Shown piece after piece: positions 40,951 through 51,978 of a DNA stretch of 53,984 nucleotides (the stretch's first letter is position 1; each line of letters opens with the position of its first letter). The notes beneath the pieces were generated by a model, which saw nothing but the letters and a program-made list of their open reading frames with translations, had not been told where the DNA came from and searched no databases. The stretch covers positions 1 through 53,984 of the forward strand of contig JAGYLS010000004.1 in the NCBI GenBank assembly GCA_018400815.1, written 5' to 3'. The translations under genes and the position numbers were made by a program. The DNA comes from Candidatus Oleincola secundus. Lineage in GTDB: Bacteria > Atribacterota > Phoenicimicrobiia > Phoenicimicrobiales > Stramentimicrobiaceae.

Positions 40951-43615
40951 AGTGATTTTAGGGCTTTCAGATTTTTTTGTATTCTATCACGTATATCAGT
41001 TAGTTCTTTTATTTTTTCTTTTTCTTTTTTAATAATTTTATCAGGTGCCTTCTGGATAAAATCTGCATTGTTCAATTTTTTATTAATGATAATCATATCT
41101 TTTTCAATCTTCTGTAATTTTTTTTCTAAGCGATGTACCTCTGCATCCAAATCAATAACTCCTTTTAGGGGAACAAATATCTCTATATCTTCTAAAACCC
41201 CTGTAGCAGAGTATTCCGGTTTTTCCATTGAATCACTTACTTCAAAAGATTGAACATGAGCAAGATTTTTTATGAAAGACAAGTGTTCTTTTATCAATTT
41301 TCCCTTACTGCTGTCAACAACTTTAATAAAGACATCAATGCCTTTAGTAAGAGGAATATTCATTTCAGCTTTAATATTACGAATAGTTTTAACAACTTCC
41401 TGAATGGTAGATACTTTTTCTTCCAGATTCTTTTTTACTTTTTCCTTTTTATATTCCGGCCAACTGGAAATAGAAATACTTAATTCCTTATGTGGAATTT
41501 TTTGCCATATTTCTTCAGTAATAAAAGGCATAAAAGGATGTAATAGCCTGAGAATATTATCCAGTACAAACCATAAAACATATTGAGCCGTTTCCTTCTC
41601 CGGACTGCTGTCTTTACGATATAAAGTTTCCTTAATTAACTCAACATACCAGTCACAAAAATAGTTCCAGGTAAATTCATAAATAGCCATAGCTGCATCA
41701 CTAAATTTAAAATTCTGCAGACTATCAGATACTTTTTTAATGGTTTGATTTAATTGATTCAATATCCATTCATCAAATAAACTAAATTCCAGGTTTTCTT
41801 TCTTTACTTCCTGGGGATTAAACTCCTCAAGGTGAGTCAAAGAAAAGCGGGAAACATTCCATATCTTATTGGTAAAGTTCCGAAATGTCTCAATTTTATC
41901 CTTTGACAAACGAATGTAATTTGCCTGAATTGTTAGAGCAGCTAAGGTCATTCTTAAAGCATCAGCACCATATTGATCAATCATCAATAAAGGATCAATC
42001 ACGTTTCCTTTTGATTTACTCATTTTTTTCCCTTCAATGTCTTTAATTAAGGGGTTGATGAACACTTTTTCAAAAGGAATGTCTCCTCTGAACTTAATGC
42101 CCATCATCATCATTCGGGCAACCCAGAAAAATATAATATCAAATCCAGTAACCAATAAAGAGGTCGGGTAAAATTCTTCTAAATCAGGAGTTTGTTCAGG
42201 CCAGCCAAGCGTAGAAAAAGGCCAGAGTGCTGAACTAAACCAGGTATCAAGAACATCTTTATCTTGAACAATATTCTTGCTGTGACATTTGGAGCATTCG
42301 GAAGGGTCTTCCATCCTCACCATCATCTCGCCACAATCCTTGCAATACCATACTGGAATACGATGTCCCCACCACAACTGACGCGAGATACACCAATCCC
42401 TGATATTATACATCCATTCAAAATAAACTTTAGACCATCTTTTGGGAATAAAACTTGTTTCATTACTCTCGACAGCATCAATTGCCGGTTTTGCCAAATC
42501 CTTTATCTTAACAAACCACTGTTTTGAAAGATAGGGTTCAATCACTGTATCACATCTATAACAATGTCCTATTGAATGTTTGTAATTCTCTACTTTTTTT
42601 AAATACCCTTTATCTTTAAGGTCCTCCAGTACTTTTTTCCGGCACTCAAGAGCAGTCATATTAATATACTCTCCGGCATTTTGATTGGTGGTCCCATCAT
42701 CATTTAATATATTTATTTCCTCAAGTTTATGCCTCTTGCCTAATTCAAAATCATTTAAATCATGTGCCGGGGTAATCTTGACTGCACCGGTTCCAAATTC
42801 CGGGTCCACATAGTCATCAGCTACAATGGGTAGTTCTCTGCCAACCAAAGGCAATATAGCTATCTTACCAATATATTTTTCGTAACGCTTATCTTTAGGA
42901 TTAACGGCAATTGCGGTATCACCAAGCATCGTTTCGGGACGGGTAGTAGCAACAACAATAGTTTCTTCTACTGATTCTTTTAATGGATAAATGACGTAAT
43001 AGAGTTTGGCATTTTCTTCTCTCTGTTCAACTTCAATATCCGCTAATGCCGTTTTACAGCGAGGACACCAGTTAATTACATAATTAGAACGATAGATAAG
43101 GCCTTCCTGATATAATGTAACAAATACTTTTCTTACTGCCTTTGATAATCCCTCATCCAGTGTAAACCTTAAGCGAGACCAGTCACAGGAGCAGCCCATT
43201 TTTTTTAGCTGGTTTAGAATATTTGAGCCATATTTTTCACGCCATTGCCAAGCCCGTTTTGTAAACTCTTCCCTTCCAAGGTCATACTCTTGTTTTGCCT
43301 TCTTTGGCAATTTCTCTTCTACCACATTTTGAGTAGCTATACCGGCATGATCAGTTCCGGAAGCCAGAGAACATTATATCCTTGCATCCTTTTCCAGCGG
43401 ATAATAATATCTTGCAATGTATTATTCAGTGCATGTCCAATATGTAATGAACCAGTGATATTGGGCGGTGGCATGACAATAGAATAATTATTCCCCTTAT
43501 CTTTATTCTCTCTGGCAGTAAAAAGATCATTTTCTAACCAAAATTGATACCAGTGATCTTCCACTATTTTTGGATTATAAACAGATTGTAATTGACTTTG
43601 TTGTTGTTTTTCCAT
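40947..43615 (-). CDS. valS: Valine--tRNA ligase with a one-base frameshift near 43358
   Basis: HIGH in ORF 43337-43615, KMSKS in ORF 40947-43325; junction reads TGG CTT CC GGA ACT GAT CAT GCC GGT (WLPGTDHAG minus one base). Confidence 0.96.
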
Positions 43616-43671
43616 ACTATATTCTCCTGTATCTTCTTTTTGTTTTAGTAAAATTATGAGAATGTTTTCAT

Positions 43672-43888
43672 AAAAAAACCCTTTTCATCCTTTTTAAGGA
43701 CGGAAAGGGTTCGCGGTACCACCTTAATTCCTGTTCTCTGGTAATCACATGATAAGAACAGGCTCTCAATATAGTGTTAACGGTACAACCGATAAAACTT
43801 ACTTTTATATTTCGGGAAAAGGCTCAGGGAGGACATTCAATATAAACTGAATTTATCAGATTAATATTTACTAAATCCCTTCATTGCC
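43672..43888 (-). ncRNA. T-box riboswitch (Val) with terminator
   Basis: AAGGTGGTACCGCG T-box at 43712-43725, terminator plus T7, CCGTTA, Stem III, probable specifier GTC at 43832-43834. Confidence 0.93.
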
Positions 43889-43957
43889 AAGTTATTTAAT
43901 ACTGGTGATATGTTACAATGTTTGTGTCAAGATGTCAAGAAAGAGAAATTGCCTGTG

Positions 43958-45235
43958 TCAGGCAGTTTCTCTTTCTTTCTTAGTATTATTATCTTCAATT
44001 AATATTGGAATTTCATTATCTTCAATAACTTTTTTGGTAATAGTACATCCTTTGATATTCTTCAGTGAGGGAATCTGATACATGATATCCAGCATTGATT
44101 CCTCGATAATTGACCTTAGTCCTCTAGCACCTGTCTTTCTGCTCAATGCTTTCTTTGCTACTGCTTCTAAAGCTGGACGTGTAAATTTCAGCTCGACTCC
44201 CTGGTTACGCAATATCCGTTGATACTGCAGAGTAACTGCATTTTTCGGTTTAGTCAGGATATCTACCAGTGCTTCCTTTTCGAGATTGTTAATGGTTGAA
44301 ATAATTGTCAGGCGTCCGACCAATTCAGGAATTAACCCGAATTTTATTAAATCTTCCGGCAGTACACTGGGAAGGATTGATTTAATATTACTATATCTAC
44401 TACCATCACCATAAATGTCGGCATTAAAACCGATTTGGTGAGCCTGCATTCTACTCTTGATAATATTTTCTAATCCTTCAAACGAACCTCCACAGATAAA
44501 AAGTATCTGGGAAGTATCAATCTCAATATTCTTTTGATGGGGATGTTTTCTACCCCCTTGCATGGGCATACTGGAAACAGTGCCTTCTATAATTTTTAGC
44601 AACGCCTGCTGAACCCCTTCTCCGGAAACGTCTCGGGTAATAGAAGGGTTCTCTGATTTACGAGCTATTTTATCTATTTCATCAATATATATTATCCCAT
44701 TTTGAGCTTTATCGAGATCTTCATCTGCAGCATGATATAACTTTAATAGAACATTCTCCACATCATCACCGACGTATCCTGCCTCAGTTAGAGTAGTGGC
44801 ATCTGCAATAGCAAAAGGAACCTCAAGTTTTTTTGCCAATGTTCGGGCTAAAAGAGTTTTACCACAACCACTTGGTCCTAATAAAAGGATATTACTCTTC
44901 TCCATTTCGACAAAATCATCAGATTTTTTAGAATTTTTACCAACTTGACCCCCGGAAAGATTATTCTTAATTCTCTGATAATGGTTATAAACTGCAACAG
45001 AAAGAATCTTCTTGGCTTTTTCCTGTCCAATAACATATTGGTCAAGATATTTTTTAATCTCTTCAGGAATAGGAATATTCTTTATAGAAAAATGTTCATC
45101 ACTTTTCTTTTTTTTGTCCTCCTTCAGGATATAACTGCAAACTTGAATGCATTCACTGCAGATATTGACCCCATTAGGACCTGAAACAATTTTTTTGACT
45201 TCACTTTGGTCTTTCCCGCAAAATGAACATTTCAT
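43958..45235 (-). CDS. clpX: ClpX ATPase
   Basis: CSFCG zinc domain, [22 protein letters not shown] loop. Confidence 0.98.
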   Translation of the reverse strand: MKCSFCGKDQSEVKKIVSGPNGVNICSECIQVCSYILKEDKKKKSDEHFSIKNIPIPEEIKKYLDQYVIGQEKAKKILSVAVYNHYQRIKNNLSGGQVGKNSKKSDDFVEMEKSNILLLGPSGCGKTLLARTLAKKLEVPFAIADATTLTEAGYVGDDVENVLLKLYHAADEDLDKAQNGIIYIDEIDKIARKSENPSITRDVSGEGVQQALLKIIEGTVSSMPMQGGRKHPHQKNIEIDTSQILFICGGSFEGLENIIKSRMQAHQIGFNADIYGDGSRYSNIKSILPSVLPEDLIKFGLIPELVGRLTIISTINNLEKEALVDILTKPKNAVTLQYQRILRNQGVELKFTRPALEAVAKKALSRKTGARGLRSIIEESMLDIMYQIPSLKNIKGCTITKKVIEDNEIPILIEDNNTKKERETA

Positions 45236-45265
45236 TTAAAACACCTCAATCTATTTTTTTAAAAA

Positions 45266-45850
45266 TCAAACACGCTTCCTAATCACTTCATCAACAACGC
45301 CATATGTTTTTGCCTCATCACCGGTCATAAAAAAGTCCCGGTCAGTATCTTTTTCTATTCTCTCTAATGGCTGATTAGTGTGATAAGTTAAAATCTCATT
45401 GATTTTTTTCTTAATTCTTAGTAATTCCTTGGTCTGAATTTCTATATCAGAAACCTGACCCTGAGCTCCGCCTAACGGTTGATGTAACATAATTCTGGAA
45501 TTAGGCAAAGAAGACCGTTTCCCTTTTGCACCGGAGGCAAGAATCAAAGCAGCTCCGCTGGCAGCCATGCCAATACAAATGGTTGATACATCAGATTTTA
45601 TATATTGAATAGTATCATAGATGGCAATGGTTGAACTAACCGAACCACCAGGACTGTTTATATAGATAAATATATCTTTTTCCGGTTCATTTGCTTCCAA
45701 AAACAGTAATTGAGCAATAATAATATTAGCAGCCTGGTCATCAATTTCTGTTCCCAAAAATATTATTCTCTCTTTTAATAAACGCGAATATATATCATAG
45801 GATCTTTCTCCCTGAGGAGTTTTTTCCACTACAATTGGTACTAAATTCAT
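45266..45850 (-). CDS. clpP: ClpP protease
   Basis: YINSPGG, GMAAS, MLHQP, DRDFF. Confidence 0.98.
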   Translation of the reverse strand: MNLVPIVVEKTPQGERSYDIYSRLLKERIIFLGTEIDDQAANIIIAQLLFLEANEPEKDIFIYINSPGGSVSSTIAIYDTIQYIKSDVSTICIGMAASGAALILASGAKGKRSSLPNSRIMLHQPLGGAQGQVSDIEIQTKELLRIKKKINEILTYHTNQPLERIEKDTDRDFFMTGDEAKTYGVVDEVIRKRV

Positions 45851-45865
45851 AGTAAAGGACCTCCT

Positions 45866-47161
45866 TTATTTTTCATTAACCTTAACTTGTTTGGATAATA
45901 TTTCAATTACTTTTTCTCTTTTAATCTGCTCTTTTATATTATCTAATGTTTTATTTTTTTCAAACATTGCCCTTACTTTCAACGGCTTTTGGTTGGTGCT
46001 TTCGGCAATTTCTTCAATTTTTTTATTGACATCTTCTTCAGTGGCAGTTATTTTATCATCTTGAATTATTTTGTCAAGAACCAATTCCTTTTTAATCTGC
46101 TTTTCTGCCAAAGGCCGATACTCTTTCTTTACCTTAGCTTCGTCGGCTTTAATCATTTTGTAATAGTCTTCCATGCTCATGTTTCTATTCTTTAAATCTT
46201 CTTGCAGATTACTCATCATATTTTCTACCTGTTTATCAATCAAAACTTCAGGTACTGCAAAATCACATTTTTCTGCTATTTTTTCCATCAAATTTTCATT
46301 GAATTCACTTTCCGCCTGATATTTTGCTTTCTCAGTTAGTTGTTTGTTAATGTGTTTCTTCAATTCCTCCAGGTTCTTATAATCACCTGAAATTTTGGCA
46401 AATTCATCATCTAAAGGTGGAAGTTCTTTTTCTTTTATATCAGCCAATTTAATCAGATATGTTATTTCTTTCCCGGCAACTTTCTTATCATTCACGTCTT
46501 CCGGAACTTTCATTTTTATTTCTTTTTCATCCCCAGGCTTTAAACCAACTAAATTTTCATTAAACTCCTTTGGAATTTTATCTCCCAGCTGAATCATTTG
46601 TTTTTCCTTTTTACCATCAGGAATTGGTTTATCATCAACAAAGGTATCATAATCAATAACTAAAAAATCACCCATTTTAGATTCTCTATCGGAAACCTCT
46701 TTTAATTTTCCATGGCTTTCCCTGATTCTTTCCAAATCTTCGTTTATCTCTTTCTCGGTAACTTTTGCTATTTTCTTTTCAATTACTATATCACTCAATT
46801 TGGGTATTTCAATATCAGGTTTTACTTCTAAATTCATTTTATAGATGAATGGTTTCTCTTTATCAATCTGCACCAGGTCAATTTTGGGTACATCAATTGG
46901 GTCAAGTTTACTCTGGTCTATTGCTTCAAGATAAGTTTCTTTAATGAGTTTTTCAGCAACTTGATGATTAATATATTCTTTACCCAAATTCATTTCCAAT
47001 ATATTAGTTGGAATACGACCTGTTCGGAATCCCGGTATTTTTACTTTTTGAGACAGTTCATGGTAAATATTGTTAAACTCCTGCTGAACCTGATCATGCT
47101 CAACGGTTACTTTAATTTCTATTTTATTGTTTTCTTTCTTACCTTTTTCAATATGAATCAT
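45866..47161 (-). CDS. tig: Trigger factor
   Basis: IPGFRTGRIP signature, FKBP-like middle domain; tig-clpP-clpX order. Confidence 0.96.
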   Translation of the reverse strand: MIHIEKGKKENNKIEIKVTVEHDQVQQEFNNIYHELSQKVKIPGFRTGRIPTNILEMNLGKEYINHQVAEKLIKETYLEAIDQSKLDPIDVPKIDLVQIDKEKPFIYKMNLEVKPDIEIPKLSDIVIEKKIAKVTEKEINEDLERIRESHGKLKEVSDRESKMGDFLVIDYDTFVDDKPIPDGKKEKQMIQLGDKIPKEFNENLVGLKPGDEKEIKMKVPEDVNDKKVAGKEITYLIKLADIKEKELPPLDDEFAKISGDYKNLEELKKHINKQLTEKAKYQAESEFNENLMEKIAEKCDFAVPEVLIDKQVENMMSNLQEDLKNRNMSMEDYYKMIKADEAKVKKEYRPLAEKQIKKELVLDKIIQDDKITATEEDVNKKIEEIAESTNQKPLKVRAMFEKNKTLDNIKEQIKREKVIEILSKQVKVNEK

Positions 47162-47200
47162 ATTTTTATTCTACCTCCACGGATATTTGCTCAATCACAA

Positions 47201-47224
47201 TAAAACCGCAAATGTTCTTTGCGG
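47201..47224 (-). terminator. Terminator-like hairpin between tRNA operon and tig
   Basis: CCGCAAA-gaaca-TTTGCGG-TTTT on - strand. Confidence 0.55.
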
Positions 47225-47322
47225 CAGATTTTTTGCACTATCATTTTTTCCTTTTATAAAATATTATTTTGAATGTTTTTAATTTTTTGTTTTCCTTGTG
47301 TATTATCACATTTTTTATTATC

Positions 47323-47407
47323 TGGTGCGAGAGGCGGGACTCGAACCCGCATGGAGTTACCCACTGGATCCTAAATCCAGCGTGTCTACCAATTCCACCA
47401 CCCTCGC
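47323..47407 (-). tRNA. tRNA-Leu(TAG)
   Basis: Type II cloverleaf, anticodon loop TTTAGGA, CCA end. Confidence 0.97.
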
Positions 47408-47424
47408 AGGTTTCTTATTAAAAT

Positions 47425-47500
47425 TGGTGGGCCGTACAGGTATCGAACCTGTGACACCCTGATTAAAAGTCAGGTGCTCTACCAACTGAGCTAACGGCCC
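47425..47500 (-). tRNA. tRNA-Lys(TTT)
   Basis: Anticodon loop CTTTTAA, CCA end. Confidence 0.97.
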
Positions 47501-47609
47501 AGAATATGTTCAGGGGAAGTCTCCCCTGAAACCCCTCAAAAACACAATAAAGACTTTAAAGAACTATTCTGGAAAACCAGAGTATGTTCAGGGGAAGTCT
47601 CCCCTGAAA
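47499..47609. repeat. Two 33-bp direct repeats containing a palindrome in the tRNA spacer
   Basis: CCAGA(A/G)TATGTTCAGGGGAAGTCTCCCCTGAAA at 47499-47531 and 47577-47609. Confidence 0.9.
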
Positions 47610-47619
47610 ACTCTATTTA

Positions 47620-47696
47620 TGGCGCGCTCGGAGGGAGTCGAACCCCCAGCCCTTGGATCCGAAGTCCACAGCTCTGTCCAGTTGAGCTACGAGCGC
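47620..47696 (-). tRNA. tRNA-Arg(TCG)
   Basis: Anticodon loop CTTCGGA, GCCA end. Confidence 0.93.
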
Positions 47697-47702
47697 TCAA
47701 AA

Positions 47703-47781
47703 TGGGGTGAGCGATGGGATTTGAACCCATGACCACTGGAGCCACAATCCAGGGCTCTAACCTGACTGAGCTACGCCCACC
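47703..47781 (-). tRNA. tRNA-His(GTG)
   Basis: Anticodon loop TTGTGGC, encoded G-1 and C73. Confidence 0.97.
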
Positions 47782-47804
47782 AAGTACGCTTACAACACTA
47801 TTCA

Positions 47805-47882
47805 TGGCGCGCCCGGAGGGAGTCGAACCCCCAGCCTACGGATTAGAAGTCCGTTGCTCTATCCTAATTGAGCTACAGGCGC
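47805..47882 (-). tRNA. tRNA-Arg(TCT)
   Basis: Anticodon loop CTTCTAA, GCCA end. Confidence 0.97.
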
Positions 47883-47902
47883 AGTTATAAATTTTCAAAA
47901 TA

Positions 47903-47978
47903 TGGAGCGGGAAACGGGTCTCGAACCCGCGACAACCAGCTTGGAAGGCTAGTGCTCTACCAACTGAGCTATTCCCGC
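47903..47978 (-). tRNA. tRNA-Gly(TCC)
   Basis: Anticodon loop CTTCCAA, TCCA end. Confidence 0.97.
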
Positions 47979-47981
47979 TCA

Positions 47982-48059
47982 TGGTCGGGGTGAGAGGATT
48001 TGAACCTCCGGCCCCCTGCTCCCAAAGCAGGTGCGCTAACCAAACTGCGCTACACCCCG
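47982..48059 (-). tRNA. tRNA-Pro(TGG)
   Basis: CGGGGTG acceptor, loop TTTGGGA, ACCA end. Confidence 0.97.
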
Positions 48060-48069
48060 AAACAAGAGT

Positions 48070-48098
48070 ATTATATAGTATATCATTAGAGAAGTCAA
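48070..48098 (-). promoter_or_regulatory. Promoter of tRNA operon
   Basis: TTGACT-N17-TATAAT, 10 nt before tRNA-Pro. Confidence 0.9.
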
Positions 48099-48203
48099 CA
48101 AAGTTCTCTTTCTTATTTTCCCCTCTTCCGGGAAACAGATAGTACTATTATAAAGAAAAATATCTATAAAATAAATAGTTTTAATAAAATAATTTATATT
48201 CAT

Positions 48204-48797
48204 TTATTTAAGTTTGAAATGTTCAACAATAATCTTAATCATTTTTTCCAGAGCAACAGCGCGATGACTTATCCTGTTTTTAACATTAACGCCAAGTTCA
48301 GCAAATGTCTGGTCATAACCATCGGGAATAAAAATAGGGTCATAGCCAAATCCTTCAGCTCCTTTCGGCGTAAGAGTGATTCTGCCTGAACATATTCCTT
48401 TTGTTTTGTAGTTTCCCTGTCCAGGTAAAACCAAACTCATAGCACATACAAAACGAGCCTCTCTTTGCTCACTTTTTGTATTTTGAAGAGTATCAAGAAC
48501 TTTTTTTATTCTTTCCTGGTCTGTTCTTCCCCATCTGGAGGAATAGATTCCCGGTTTTTTCCCAATATAATCAATCTCCAGGCCAGAATCATCGGCCAGA
48601 GCAGGCAATTTTGTCCATTTTGCAACTGTTTTTGCCTTTATTGAAGCATTTTCAGCAAATGTTTTGCCGATTTCCTCAATTTCCGGAATCTCGGGATAAT
48701 CCATTAGACACTCAACAATAACAGGATATTCTTTTAGTTTATACTTCATCTCTTTTATTTTTCCACTATTACGAGTAGCAAGAACTAATTTTAACAT
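48204..48797 (-). CDS. rdgB: dITP/XTP pyrophosphatase
   Basis: [23 protein letters not shown]. Confidence 0.96.
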   Translation of the reverse strand: MLKLVLATRNSGKIKEMKYKLKEYPVIVECLMDYPEIPEIEEIGKTFAENASIKAKTVAKWTKLPALADDSGLEIDYIGKKPGIYSSRWGRTDQERIKKVLDTLQNTKSEQREARFVCAMSLVLPGQGNYKTKGICSGRITLTPKGAEGFGYDPIFIPDGYDQTFAELGVNVKNRISHRAVALEKMIKIIVEHFKLK

Positions 48798-49516
48798 AAC
48801 TCCCCGATGATTTCTTTTTCTTTTTCAACAACCTGCTGAATTCCAGTTTCAGCTAATTCTATTAATTGATTTAAGTTTCGCATAGAGAAAGGACGGTCTT
48901 CTGCAGTCCCCTGTATTTCAACAACTTCCTGCCTCTCGGTCATTACTATATTCATATCAACCTGTGCGCAGCTGTCTTCTTTAAACTCAAGATCGAGTAG
49001 CATTTCACCATCAACAATCCCTACGCTTGTAGCAGCAAGATAATGTTTAACAGGAATTTTTTCAATTTTCTTTTCAGATTTTAAATATTTTAACGCATCT
49101 ATCATAGCAATAAAGGAACCTATGATTGAAGTAGTCCTGGTTCCGCCATCTGCCTGAATCACATCACAATCAAGCCAAATCATCCTCGGACCAAGTATAT
49201 CCAGATCGGTTACAGCTCTTAAAGAACGGCCGACCAGTCGCTGAATTTCCTGAGCTCTACCATTTATTTTCCCTTTAACAGAATCTCGCATATTACGAAT
49301 CTGGTTTGCCCTGGGTATCATGGAGTATTCAGCAGTAATCCAGCCCTTTTGGGTTCCCCTCAAAAAAAGAGGTACCTTCTCTTCTACACTTGCCGTACAG
49401 ATAATTTTGGTATCACCCATTTCAATTAATACCGAACCCTCAGAATATTTTATATAATTACGAGTTACAGTAATCGGTCTAATCTGGTCATATTTACGAT
49501 TAAAAGATCTTAGCAT
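48791..49516 (-). CDS. rph: Ribonuclease PH
   Basis: [28 protein letters not shown]. Confidence 0.97.
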   Translation of the reverse strand: MLRSFNRKYDQIRPITVTRNYIKYSEGSVLIEMGDTKIICTASVEEKVPLFLRGTQKGWITAEYSMIPRANQIRNMRDSVKGKINGRAQEIQRLVGRSLRAVTDLDILGPRMIWLDCDVIQADGGTRTTSIIGSFIAMIDALKYLKSEKKIEKIPVKHYLAATSVGIVDGEMLLDLEFKEDSCAQVDMNIVMTERQEVVEIQGTAEDRPFSMRNLNQLIELAETGIQQVVEKEKEIIGELC

Positions 49517-49582
49517 GTTTCCTCCCGTTCAATGAATATTTACAATGTAATTCTTTCAATCTTTCTTAAAAAGATAATATTT

Positions 49583-50443
49583 TTATTTTTTGCGGCTAAC
49601 TACAAAATCAGCCAATTCATAAAACAATTGGGCTTTCCCCCCAAATAAAGAAATACTTTCCTTGGCTTGATTACAATATTGATGTGCAACTTCTTCAGAT
49701 TTTTTTACTCCGAATATTTCTGGATAAGTAGGCTTATCATCAATTTTATTATCCTCCTGCAAGTCAATCAAATCATCGATAATTTGAAAAGCTAGTCCAA
49801 TCTTTTCACCATATCTTTCCAGGGCTTCAATTTGTTTTTTACTTGCCTTTAGTAACAAAGCCCCGGTTTTTAGTGATGCACAAATCAAAGCAGATGTTTT
49901 TCTTGAATAAATATCCTCTATAAAATCAGCATTATTTTTTTGATTATGCCAGCTAATATCATCCACCTGACCACCTAACATCTTCTGGGTTCCAAGCATT
50001 TCCAGAATATTTTGCACTACTTCAACAACAGAATCTTTTTTCACACCTTCTATTTGAGCATTTCGGCAAATAAAATCTAAACCCATAACTAACAGTGCAT
50101 CTCCGGTTAAAATTGCCATTGCCTCACCGAAAACTTTGTGATTGGTTAATTTTCCACGTCGATAATCATCATCATCCATACAAGGCAGATCATCATGCAC
50201 CAGGGAAAAAGTATGGATAAGTTCAATTCCGGCAGCAGCGGGTAATACTTTTTTATAATCTTGGCCTAATAACTCAGCAACCATCATGGTAAGTATGGGA
50301 CGTATTCTTTTACCTCCGTTTAAAACACTATAGCGGATAGACCTATGCACAATAGAAGGATTTTGATTTTCCAAAGGAAGTTCCTCTTCTAAATATCTAT
50401 CAATAATTCTTTTCTTTTCCTTCATATAGGAACTTAATTCCAT
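49583..50443 (-). CDS. ispA: Polyprenyl (farnesyl) diphosphate synthase
   Basis: GGKRIRP, HDDLPCMDDDDYRRG, FQIIDDLID. Confidence 0.93.
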   Translation of the reverse strand: MELSSYMKEKKRIIDRYLEEELPLENQNPSIVHRSIRYSVLNGGKRIRPILTMMVAELLGQDYKKVLPAAAGIELIHTFSLVHDDLPCMDDDDYRRGKLTNHKVFGEAMAILTGDALLVMGLDFICRNAQIEGVKKDSVVEVVQNILEMLGTQKMLGGQVDDISWHNQKNNADFIEDIYSRKTSALICASLKTGALLLKASKKQIEALERYGEKIGLAFQIIDDLIDLQEDNKIDDKPTYPEIFGVKKSEEVAHQYCNQAKESISLFGGKAQLFYELADFVVSRKK

Positions 50444-50713
50444 TTATTCTTTTTCATCCTCTTCATTATTCTGCACGGAAAATGGTTCGGTGTGATATTT
50501 ATTATTTCCCTCTTTGGTTATTTTTTCTACTTTTTGTTTAGATTCATTTAATTTTTCCATACATTTATCAGAAAATTCCATACCTTCTTCATATAATTTC
50601 AAGGCTTCATCCAGGCTTAGTTCACCCTTTTCTAATTCTTCAACAATTTCTTCTAATTTCTTTAAAGAATCTTCAAAAGATATTTCCTTAACTTTTTTCT
50701 TCTTATCATTCAT
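50444..50713 (-). CDS. xseB: Exonuclease VII small subunit
   Basis: SFEDSLKKLEEIV...LSLDEALKLYEEG. Confidence 0.96.
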   Translation of the reverse strand: MNDKKKKVKEISFEDSLKKLEEIVEELEKGELSLDEALKLYEEGMEFSDKCMEKLNESKQKVEKITKEGNNKYHTEPFSVQNNEEDEKE

Positions 50714-51939
50714 TTACAACTCTCCTTTCCTGAGACATTAGCTGAGATAATACCATCGCTAACCATGATTTCAATTAGATTGTTTTTTTCCACTTGTTCT
50801 GTTTTCTTTACAATTATTTTCTTAGGCATTTTGAAACAAATGCTATATCCTCGCTTCAATACAGCCTTGGGACTCAGAGTAATTATTTTTTCTTTATATT
50901 TTGCTAATAAATTTTCATTCATGCCAATAATATGCTTCATATTTAAATTTAAACGGTTAGTTAAATCATCAAGGGTCTGAAGGTGTTGCAATATTTTGTT
51001 TTTTGGGCTTTGATATTTCAAGTTCTCAACGATATTGAAGTATTGCTGTCTTTTTAGCTCCAAAATATGATTCATCATGCGGTTAAGTTTGCCTTTTAAT
51101 AAGCCAAGATGTATTAGCAGGCTCTCTTTATCCGGAATAGTCATTTCGGCTGCTCCGGAGGGTGTAGGAGCCCGAAGGTCTGCTACAAAATCCGAAATAG
51201 TAAAGTCCGTTTCATGACCAACAGCCGATACTATAGGAATCCTGGAAGAATAGATTTGCCTAGCTAATATCTCCTCATTAAAAGCCCATAATTCTTCAAT
51301 AGAACCTCCCCCTCTCCCTATAATAATAAAATCCAGGTCAGGTAAAGCTAGATTGAGAAATTTAATATTTTTAGCAATTTGTGAAGCTGCATCAGTACCT
51401 TGAACCTGAGCGGGAACTACTATAATATGAATATTGGGAAATCTTCGCAAAGTAACAGAAATGATATCTCTTATAGCTGCTCCTGTTGGTGAGGTTATTA
51501 CGGCTATTTTCCGGGGAATTTTAGGTAAACTTTTCTTGATTTCCTGCTTAAATAATCCTTCCGCTTTCAACTTTTCTTTTAAAGCTTCAAAGGCCGCAAA
51601 AAGTGCTCCCTTACCCGCCTCGGCCATCTGGAATACATAAAACTGGTATTCCCCTCTCTTTTCATAAACACGGACATCTCCCGTCGCTCTTACTTCCATT
51701 CCATCAGAGGGGTCGAAACTCAAGCCAAGGTTACTGCCACGAAACATGACACATCTTATTTGGCATTGGTCATCTTTCAATACAAAATACATATGGCCGG
51801 ATGAGTGATACTTAAAATTGCTTAATTCTCCAAGGATTGTTACATTACGTAAAAGCGGATCCGCATTAAATAGTTGCTGTATATGTCGAGTAATATTACT
51901 AACGGAATATACTTTTTTATTTAATTGGTTTGAAGACAT
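50710..51939 (-). CDS. xseA: Exonuclease VII large subunit
   Basis: SGHMYF, RGGGSIEELWAFN, GHETD, PTPSGAAE. Confidence 0.97.
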   Translation of the reverse strand: MSSNQLNKKVYSVSNITRHIQQLFNADPLLRNVTILGELSNFKYHSSGHMYFVLKDDQCQIRCVMFRGSNLGLSFDPSDGMEVRATGDVRVYEKRGEYQFYVFQMAEAGKGALFAAFEALKEKLKAEGLFKQEIKKSLPKIPRKIAVITSPTGAAIRDIISVTLRRFPNIHIIVVPAQVQGTDAASQIAKNIKFLNLALPDLDFIIIGRGGGSIEELWAFNEEILARQIYSSRIPIVSAVGHETDFTISDFVADLRAPTPSGAAEMTIPDKESLLIHLGLLKGKLNRMMNHILELKRQQYFNIVENLKYQSPKNKILQHLQTLDDLTNRLNLNMKHIIGMNENLLAKYKEKIITLSPKAVLKRGYSICFKMPKKIIVKKTEQVEKNNLIEIMVSDGIISANVSGKESCK

Positions 51940-51978
51940 ATTAAACCTGAATCTGAATCATTAAATATTTCATTATTA

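Noticed and set aside
43337-43615. Naturally split or programmed-frameshift ValRS
   Set aside because: Break lies in a conserved catalytic-domain motif, no slippery sequence or internal RBS; one added base restores the gene.
47617-47805. 62-aa ORF
   Set aside because: Translation of tRNA-His and tRNA-Arg sequence.
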